64,000 nucleotides of DNA from the human T2T-CHM13v2.0 reference genome, Homo sapiens. The translations under genes were made by a program, and so were the position numbers. A model generated the notes under the pieces. It saw nothing but the letters and a program-made list of their open reading frames with translations. It did no database searches and was not told the DNA's origin. The first letter of the stretch is position 1. Every line of letters begins with the position of its first letter. The stretch lies in NCBI RefSeq assembly GCF_009914755.1, contig NC_060931.1. One strand, written 5' to 3'. This document shows positions 53,823-64,000 of this stretch, in pieces.

Positions 53823-56800
53823 CTAAGAGATGTTTTTGTAAAGGAGGAGAAGACTACCTCAAAATTAATCTCCCACATATAAAATGGAAAAAGGCAGTTT
53901 TTGGAGAATGGGACAGAGGGTCTCACTATTTCAAGCCATTACAAAAGACCATCTATATGAGAGTAAGATCATCTTTCTTTTGAATGACTGCAAATCCTGG
54001 TTGTATCATATAATCCAAAGTTAAAGTGGAGGGTGGGTAGACAGCACAGTCTGGTGCTTGGTAGTTATCCTACTAGGGAGGTTTATGAAGAGAGAGCATG
54101 CAAGTTCACAAAGAACACATTCACTAGGGTAATACAGATGTTATTAGAACCATCAGCAATAAGGTAGGAAGACTATGTATTATTATTGTTGACACTATGT
54201 GAAACGTCATAAGTTTTTTAAGGTAATTTTTATCCTGAAAAACTCATTTTTAAGACAAAATTGCAAGGTAAACAGATAATTTTATATTAGCCTTCAATCC
54301 TTCTCCCCTTCATCTATTTGAAAGCTAGCAAATAAGCTCTTTCGTCCACCTAGCTAGTCATGGTTTTAGTTCTAGAAAATAAGTGACTTGATCGATATTT
54401 TCAGAGGGTCCACTTCAAGAAAAAAATAGCTATAGCATCTTCGAGGAAACTTCCAAAGAATTTTTGCATGGGATCTTGTCCAGCGGTTTTGTTATGGAGA
54501 TCCCAGACTGGGTGCTCTATTTAGTTAACCTGGACTTTCTGGCGATTTTTTCGCCTTCTAGACTGTGATGAAAAAAGTACATAAAGCTTACAGAGCTGCT
54601 GGTGAGCCTCAAAAAGAGGGAAACCTAGATTTTGTTAGCATCATATTTGGATGACTGCTTGTCAAGTTCCCAAGAACTGGCATGAAGTTGTTCTGCATAC
54701 ACCTAATGGACTTGTACTCCACAGGCTCCACATGGATGATAGGTAGCCTATCATCCAGCTTCTGAACACATTCAGATTTACTATGTGCTGTCCACAAAAG
54801 GAGAAGGGAATCACAGTATCAAATACTCAGAAAATTCAGGGGGTGGGGTGGGAATCACTGCTGGGCATCTGAATAAAGGTCATAAGAAATCCCTTTCTAT
54901 TTCGCTCACACGTTCAACCTGTACTCTTTGTTCTGCTTGGAGCAGGCACTGTCAGTACCATTTATCCCATATTGTCTTGGGGCAGATTCAATCTCATGAA
55001 ATTTTATTCCTTTCCATAAGCATGATTTATTAAATGTATTATTACTAAATCTGATGTAATTCTTATACCTTTGTAATACTTTTTAAATAAATCCACAAAT
55101 CAAAAAAGAATGTTAGGCGGTATACATGTATTTTTGAATAAAAAATATGGTGACTATTATAGAATAATTTCTAAACTGGCTGTCCAAATTCTCCTTAGTT
55201 CACCTATAGGTCTTAACTGAAATGAGCACCATTTATATTGAGCCTTTAAAAGGCAGATGAAGGGATTCCATTTACCGGGCACTAAGAGAGGTGGCACTTA
55301 TACCCATTCCTTTCATTTTCCAGCTCCTGGTCCCAAACTGGATGCTTCCACTGAGTATCCATTTCATTAGGATTCATGTTCTTTGCTGGCAATGAAGGTG
55401 ATGGTAATGGTCTCTACAGTTTACGACATGGCTACGCTGCAACCAGTTTTGTTTGATTAATTCATTCTTATGAGGGAGGTCATCAGGGTACTTAGCCTCA
55501 TGAAAATTCCAAACAGTTAGGGTGTATATGCAGTAGGCTCTTCTCCACCTACATCTCAGCCCTCTTATGGAATGCCCTCATACACACACGTGCACATGCA
55601 TGAGCCCACACACATAAAACACACTGATATCGTTTCCATAACAGCAACAGGCCCAGTGCAGACTGAATCAGACCATATCTCCCAAGGATGTGAGATCAGA
55701 AGTGGGGACTCTTCCCCAATGGGTCAGAGGTGTAGCCACTACTGGCTCAGTGAAACTACTTTATTTCATTCAAGAGACTTTGGAGAGATATTTCTCTAGT
55801 ATTTGGGCTGACCAGTATACAGTTATCTCTAATCATTTTACATGGTGCATTTTTAAGACCAAAACATATGCAAAACCTGAACTGAACATAGTCAGAAGAC
55901 CTTTTTACAGCTCTTTTTATCCTCAAAGGGAGATATCAATAATATTCCATGGAAACATTCCCATACGTAGGCACCTGCATCTCTTTTCCTCATTTTCATG
56001 GAGAGATGATCCTGAGCAGAATGTGCAAACCCTGTCACACTGTCACTTTATCTTTTGATCCCAGGATGCTGAGCTCTCTGTGATAAGCCTGGACATCTGT
56101 GGAAGCTTAGGAGAGTAACAAAAAATGCAGATGCAGTGCTTACCATGGGCCTATGCTATAAAAGGCCCCATTTCCAAATGGAGAAACGAAGGCTCAAGAC
56201 ATTCAGATAACATGTCTCCAGTTGCCATCTAGTAAAGTGGGACACTCAGGATTCAAACTCAGGTGTCCATCTGTGGAGCACCCTGAGCAGCACGCCCCAC
56301 TGTGGCCTCACAGCTCCCCAAGCAAGCAGCTGGAGCAGGTGGGATTATTCCCAAGCATCCTAAGGCTGAGTTATAAAATATGAGTCATTAATATGAATTT
56401 TATTTCCCTGGGCTTTGCTATTTTTTATTACCCACAAAATGCCTAACATGTAAGTGATACCTACGAACAGTAAGAAATAACACCAGGATCCACAAAATGC
56501 ATACCCATCTATAAACAGATCCCCAACCCATGCATTTCTTCCTGCCTCTTCCAGAGCACCAGGCTTGGAGAAGTGACCATGATTTGCATTCACAGGACTG
56601 GAGAGTCAAGGTCTGGAAGTTCTTGGGGCATCACAGACCTAATAAGTGAATGGGCTGACCCAGAAGAGCATGGGCCTGAAGAACAAGGGCCAACATGATG
56701 CATCTCTGATCATGCTGAAAGCCTTCAAAGGGATAGTTGGTGAAATTCTGTGTTTATCACTTGCCAATTTGAATTTTCCAAATATACCATGGAAATGAAC

Positions 56801-57231
56801 TCCAGAATTGCAGGCTGATGAAAAATCAAGCCAGAAGGAAAAATGAAAATGCCAAAATTCTCAGCTGAGTCTTGCCAAGCGCATCCACTGGCAATATGGT
56901 GACAAAAAGCGACTGGGCCAATGGTAGGATATCCTTTAGATGGTGCAAAATGAGAAACAGCTTCTTCACCATCGGAAAAGGAAAGCTTCATCACATCCTC
57001 CTTGGTTTTCAGATCTAATGAATAAGTAAACCTCTTCCAATTCCAAAACACACCCATTTCACATGCAAATAATTCTACCTTTTGAGAAAAAAACTAGTTT
57101 CTGATATTCTCATTAGAGGACAAATTTCATTGCAGTGTGTAGAGATTAAACCCACGGCTCACCATGTTTTTTCAAATGGTTAGACATTTCATGCCCTTAC
57201 TTTTTCTGCTTTTTCTTCTCACACATTCACA

Positions 57232-57595
57232 GGTATTTTATCAAATGAAAAGGCTCACAGATAACCTATGCATTCCGGTCTCCTGTGACAACAGGGATTA
57301 CACTACATCAGAAAAGAGTGCATCAGGGATGCGGGGAAGAATATAGGGTCTGATGAGCAAGACAGAAACCAACAAGGTCAAGAACACAAGCAGACTCAGC
57401 TTACCCTGGCAAGCAAGGAAGAAGAAGAAGAAACTAGAGATGAAGGCAGTCAATTCCAGGGAGGTCATGTTCTGAAGGGGGTGGACAAAGCAGAGAAGCT
57501 TAAAGGGGGATCCAAGAGGTCTGTACAGAGCCAGATATGGAACCACAGGGGGAGGGTACCCATAGGCCCAATGAGTCACCATATGAAATTCTAGG
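57232..57595 (+). other. Candidate non-coding exon
   Basis: Long pyrimidine tract ctttttctgctttttcttctcacacattcacag|G and donor AGG|GTGAGT at 57595/57596; purine-rich (gaagaagaag) interior; no transcript evidence. Confidence 0.3.
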
Positions 57596-59379
57596 GTGAG
57601 TCCTGTTTAAACCCAGTTGTTTTAACTTTGGATCTTGGTAGTAAGTTGGCTTTATCAGAAACCAGTCACACAATGAATATCAGCAACAACACATAACCTC
57701 TCTAAACAAACCAACTAAGTGTGTGCCTAGTCTTAGTGAACCAGCACTGCCATCACAAAAACAGGATTGCTGTTCTTAAACCCATCTTTCAATAGCAACA
57801 GCATGTAAGAGCCAGATCGCTTCAAACTGTTCTCTATCTATGAATACTTCCAATCAAAGGAAGCTTTGAAATGTGAACCATGACCCCTAAGCAAATGATA
57901 TTTGACAGGCTATTCTCAATCTTCATCAAGAATAAGCTCTATAACATAATTTGTGGAGAAATTAAATTTAGAAAAAAATATAATTTTATTTTATTGTCCA
58001 GTACTTGCCTGCAACTTGAAGCTACTAATTGCAGAAAAGAGTTAATTTGATATTAAAAATAAAAATTGGCCCTGAAGGGCAATAACCAATCCATGTATAT
58101 ACAATGGAAAAATGTATCCCTACCCCCACCAAGTCATCTCAAGCTAAATTTAGAACATGGTTTCCAAAATGCATTGCCTACAATTCTCTCCACACAATGA
58201 AAAGCATGAGAACGACGAAGCAAATCTTTGAAACAATCACATACACTGAACCTTGAATAAGTGCTCTTGCTTATGTTTTGTGAGAGTCTATTGTGTTGGA
58301 CCTCTCAGCTATTCTGAACATACACTGAGAAAACATATTTCACACACAAAAAAATCCCAGTGGGAAGTGAGGAGTTGGTGCATTTATTCAAGTAATATTT
58401 AGGAAGTGCCTGAGATAATGCAATTTAACATGTCGCCCTGTGTTTCCTTCAAGTCTTGGGAACCCAAGAATACAGCCTTAATGTCTTGAAAACAATAAAG
58501 TTCCATTTATTACATTTTCTGTTCATGAATTTCATTATATTTAATATCTTTTCCAAGCAGACTCTATTCTGCTCACCTGGAGAGCTTCTATTCATATGAT
58601 GCTCCCTTAAATAAAGTTCTTCCTCTATGTAATTTTTCCTTTGCATTCTTTCCATACAATATATGTGCTATGGCTATTGCACACTTAGCTCTTTTCACAG
58701 CTCTCACCAATACTGGGAACCCTCTAGGGCTGGTTTTACTAATACAACACCAGGAATACCATCTCTAGATGTATCTGTTAACTTAGCCAAGAAGACAAAA
58801 TCCTACTGCAAACCTTAAACTTAGAGAGGTTATACAAGCCTTCTTCTGAGTACTTCTGTCATTCTATCCAGCATCGTAGGTACAGCCATGGGGATGAGGA
58901 TATCTGAAAACATCTCAATGACTCATCCCCTGTTGTCTCCCATTCCTTCCTCCTCCCACTCCTGCAATCTCAGTCTGAGAGGGACTAGGGTGCTCTGTGT
59001 AGAAGCACTCCTGAACACTACCCCTTTCAGAAATCCATTTTACAAGCATTCTAGGTGCTGGGTCCAGCTCTGTCTGCAATGTGGCTTACTTTCTTAAGTG
59101 TATCACATCTGCTTAGAACTTCCTTCCAGTTAATGAGTCTTTCTTGAATCAAGCCTGAAGGGCTTTTGATCTCAGTACCAATCAACTTCAGGCTAAGATG
59201 CTGGGCACTAGCTGGGCTGGCAAAGCTGGCCCAAACCCAGGCTCTATTTCAAGGAAGAATAAACAAACTTAGCCTGAAGTTATAACATGGAATGTCAAGA
59301 TAAAGAAATTCCTCCTAGACTGACACCACTGCTCAGACCACACCTGGAGCTTGGTGCCAGTTCCACACCCACAAAATTT

Positions 59380-60130
<751 letters not shown>

Positions 60131-60714
60131 AATGACTATGATTCTAAATGGCTGTATTATACAAATGAGATAATCTACAAATGAGATAATCAATGTTGGT
60201 GAATTTCCAACATTGAGCCAAAGGATGATGAGCCAAAGGAACCTTGTCTCCTCCCCATGCAGAGGGGTGTAATTGACCTCACAAACAGCTGGAAGCCAGG
60301 GATCTCCAGACTCAGCCCAGCGTGGTTTGGGAAGGGAAGTCTTTGCCATCATCTCAGCCCTGTCTGTGTGGGAGCACATTCCAGCATGAAAAATCAATTG
60401 GCTTTTGTCAGACAATAAATATCACCAAAAGAAAATCCAAAGACGTTTTTAAGACAGAAAAAAATATTCCCTTTCCTTTTCTTTTGGAAATAGCTTAATT
60501 TTTTTCATCTTGGTCTTAAAAGAAATCGCCACTAGAAGAATCACTCTTTTTCCTGTCATAGCCACACAATGCCCTTCAATGCCAAACTGAGTCCATAAGA
60601 CTGTTTGTTCTGTAGATTGCAAAGTTTGTCCTAGAGTGTGCTTTTTCCTTTTAAGACCTTATCAGCTGATTTAAAAATAAACATTATTAGCTATTTTTTT
60701 CAACAATAGGATAA

Positions 60715-63450
60715 AAATTCAATTTAAGTAACATTTGTTAAGCTCATATATATTTCTTTCTTTTTGGTAGGCACTCTGGGGTAGAAAGGTGAGTGAGAAT
60801 CAGTCCTGGTTCTTAGGGGTAGAGTCAAGAAACAGAGAGAGTAGATATGATTTTCAAGCCTTTGGAATTCTGCAGCATTGCCTCAAGGTAGCCATGAGGT
60901 GGGACAGAGAATGAATGGGAACCCATTTAAATCAAAGATAATTGGCTAAAATAAGTTTCCGAACTTAGCATATAGCTGAGTAAGTTAAGTGCTACAAGAG
61001 AGGGGAAGAAAAGTGAACATAAGAGGGAAAATTCCTCCTGTCCCCATGGAGGGACTTTGCAGGGCCCATGAGTTGGGCCTTGAAGGACAGGCAGATTTTT
61101 CACCGGAAAGAGTGAAGGTTCCTCCTTGCTGAGGGAACACAATCAGGGACAGATACTGGGAAGTGCAAGGCATGCTGGGCACTCAGTATGACTAACGATA
61201 GGTTAGTAGGAGGTGTGCTGCTAGACGTAATAGACATGTTGTTTGGAAGAGTGGTTTAGGACAGAATGTGGAGTTTTTCTATCCTGCTGGAAGAAGAGAG
61301 AGCCAGAGGTTTTTGAAGACAGATGTCTCATGAGAAGAGCTGTGTCCTAGAAAGGTGTTTCTGGCAGCTAGGGGAGAGAGAACTTAGGCTTGGGTCAAGT
61401 CCAGATTTAGGAAGACCAATTAAAAAACAAACACATCGTCTACACAAGAGATGATGGTGGCGGGAAGGCAGGATACAGAACAAACTGAGTCCATAAGTGA
61501 AAGGCACAGGGTGGCTAAGCTATGACAGGAGAAAGTGATTCTTGAGAGGAATGATTTCTTTTAAGACCAGAAAAAAAATTTAAGCTATTTCCAGGAGAGA
61601 AGGAAAATGATTTTGTTTTTTTCTGTCTTAACAACACCTTTAGATTTTCTTTTGGTGGTATTTATGGCCTGACAAAAGCCAATTGATTTTTCATGCTGGC
61701 ATGTGTTCCTGCACAGAGACTGGGGCTGAGATAATGGTGCAGGAAAGTGGAGTCACAGCATTAAAAGGCAGGCGGCCCTTCTCATAGAGTGGTGAATCAG
61801 TAGGACTTGGGGACCTACTAGAGAGAAAAGGTAGGGAAGCCAGAGATCTCTCCTGGATTTCAAGTCCAAGATATGGGGTGATTGTGGTGTCACTCCTGGA
61901 GTTAGAGCCCACAGAAGCAGCAGCAGGAACGGAGCCATGAGAATGGAGAGTTTAGCTTTGGACATCCCGAGTTTGAGGAGTCTGCAGACCATCCACAGGG
62001 GTGGAGCTCAGAAGACGATGAGGGTGGAATTCTGTCTGCCTCAGGTGCTGGTTGAAGGTGGGGAGGAGGCAGTGGTAGGAGAGGAAAAGAGGAGGGCCTC
62101 AGGGAATGCCTGTGCTAAAGGGGTCAGTGCCATGGGAATGAGGAATGGAGAGGATCCCAGGAAGCACAGGAGGCAACACAAGTCAATGCCTCAGAGCCAG
62201 GGAACAGGATGAACAAGAACAATCAGAAGATGACCTTGAGCTAAATGAAGCAATTGCAGCAGGTGGGTGTGGGTGAACATCAGACCACGTCGAGGTGAGG
62301 AGGTGGGAAAGTGGAGATGTCATTCTCTCCCGGAAAATTTGGCAGTGCAGAGACGGACAGAGATTGGATAAGAACTTGAAAGAGGAACAGGGTTGGAAAA
62401 TATTGTTTAAGGAAAGGAATGATTTTGGTATATTTTTAGGCTGAAGAGAAGAGATGGGGGTGGGGGAGGATGCGAATAGCATGAAGGTGTAAGGGATAAA
62501 AGATGTATTTTTATAAATTTTTTGATGTCTCTCTTCTTCATCAGAGCAGGGATTCAGAACAATGTGACTTCTTTCCAGTCTTAAATTTAGAACAACTCAA
62601 CGACTCCTCTCAATTCCCACTTGCCTCTTAGAAATCATGTCTTTTGTGGCTACAGAGGTTTTCAAGTATTCAAAATATATATTAATGCACTTTGGAGTCG
62701 TATTTCTTCTCTTGAGCTCAGTTATATTTTTAGTTATCCTTTAATTTTTTTTCTAAAAATGTTGCTAGTAACTGGAACAATAATAGTTATTTTATTTCTT
62801 CCACGTATATTCAATGTGCCATTTGTACATATATCTTAGGTGCATTGTATACATATATAAATATATATATGTCTGTATCTATATCTGTATATCTATATCT
62901 ATCTTGCATGTATGTTCATTTCCAAAGTCACAGTAAAAAAAATTTTTAAGGAGAGAGTGGTTCACAGGGTCAAGGGCTACAAAGGTGGCAAACAAGATTG
63001 AGATTTAAAACTGTCCACCGGAGGCCATTCTTTGTCAAAATCAGTGACTTTTGTGGCTAAAGAGGTTTTCAAGGACTGACACTATATTTTAGTGCTTTTT
63101 AGAGTCCTATTTCTCTTCTTTTGCTCAGTTATATTCTCGGTGTGGGCAGAAGGCAGGCTGCAGTGGATTAATACATGAAAAGGCGAGCTGGGAAACTGAG
63201 GCAATGACTTCAGAAACCGAGCTGCAGGGGCACAGGTGAATAGGGGGTTGAGAAAATCATTTATTTATTATTAAGAATGTGGGAGATTTGTGTGTGTTTA
63301 TATTCTGGTGAGAAGACAGCATGTGAGAGGAAGAGACTAATGATGCAAAGATTAGAAATGATAACGGACAGAGCCCCAGAGCAGGTGAGAGGGGATGAAA
63401 TTCAAAGCACAGAAGGAGGCCATCCCCGGGGCCACAGCATTGTCTAGGAG
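60715..63450 (-). mobile_element. Fragmented antisense L2 remnants
   Basis: Purine-rich L2 motifs (acatttgttaagctc...taggcactctgggg; gagtttagctttggacatcccgagtttgagg; gcagaaggcaggctgcagtggatt). Discontinuous. Confidence 0.6.
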
Positions 63451-63689
63451 GGAGGGTGGTGAGTGCAGGATAGGAGAAAAGCCCCGGGTCACGCAGGAGG
63501 TCACAGGCAGAGCTGGACTAGAATCCATGCCTCTCCATGCCTCATCTGGAGCGCCATGTGTGCTGTGTGATCTTCGTGTCATTTCCCTCATGGGAATGGC
63601 CCCAAATGCTTTTCATTGATTAAGATGAGCAGAACAGAACTACAAATTTTGCCATTCAGACGTGGTCCAATATTGGCCATTTCATGTGG

Positions 63690-63870
63690 TTCCACCTAAT
63701 CTTGGTTCATTTCATCCTCAAAACAACTCCATGACGATCAGTCTCTAGACGAAGAGACCGGGATACAGGGCAGGGCAATTAACCTGCTCAAGCTCACCCA
63801 GCAAGGAAACGAAGGAGCTAGGGTGTGAATCCCACTCCTTGGGTCCAGGGCCAATGCTCCTGACTTAGAC
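63690..63870 (-). mobile_element. MIR SINE
   Basis: tttcatcctcaaaacaactccatga...taacctgctcaagctcacccagc...ggagctagggtgtgaatccc. Confidence 0.65.
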
Positions 63871-64000
63871 TTTACTACAACTTATTATGGTGAGTTAAAT
63901 GATCACAGAATAAAGAAAGAGAAATAGGTACTGTGAATAATAGAAGAAGACTGTGTCAGAAACCAACAGTAAATGCTTATGGGTAAATACAACTGATTCC

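Noticed and set aside
55632-55648. Second X-box-like sequence gtttccataacagcaac
   Set aside because: Half-site spacing is non-canonical.
56725-57057. 110-aa minus-strand ORF in non-repeat DNA
   Set aside because: No recognisable domain or homolog and no supporting exon structure; the length is within chance for a 64-kb six-frame scan.
63450-63900. Isolated GTGAGT donors (about 63459 and 63890)
   Set aside because: GTRAGT hexamers are expected dozens of times per strand in 64 kb. These lack a matched strong acceptor and lie in or next to L2/MIR remnants.

Overview
Primate genomic DNA, human or another ape (a solo LTR12C/ERV9 LTR, an AluY-like element and many AluS/J elements). The window is repeat-rich and looks intergenic or deep-intronic. 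I recognise no protein-coding exon, tRNA/rRNA gene, CRISPR array or processed pseudogene. The longer ORFs in the track are mostly Alu- or LTR-derived; the rest look like chance frames. The main element is an intact 1543-bp solo LTR12C (37894-39436, GCAG target-site duplication) with seven CCAAT boxes, pointing to the right. Downstream of it are a perfect 37-bp-stem hairpin (45454-45535) with a template-switch signature, a candidate non-repeat promoter/enhancer (inverted CCAAT pair plus an RFX X-box, 50.5-50.9 kb) and several plus-strand splice-signal-bounded segments that could belong to a lncRNA. The window also has a 41-bp x4 minisatellite, a good CTCF motif and five short diverged local duplications. 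Repeat family names come from recalled consensus sequences, not a RepeatMasker run; boundaries of old repeats are approximate. I cannot name the locus.
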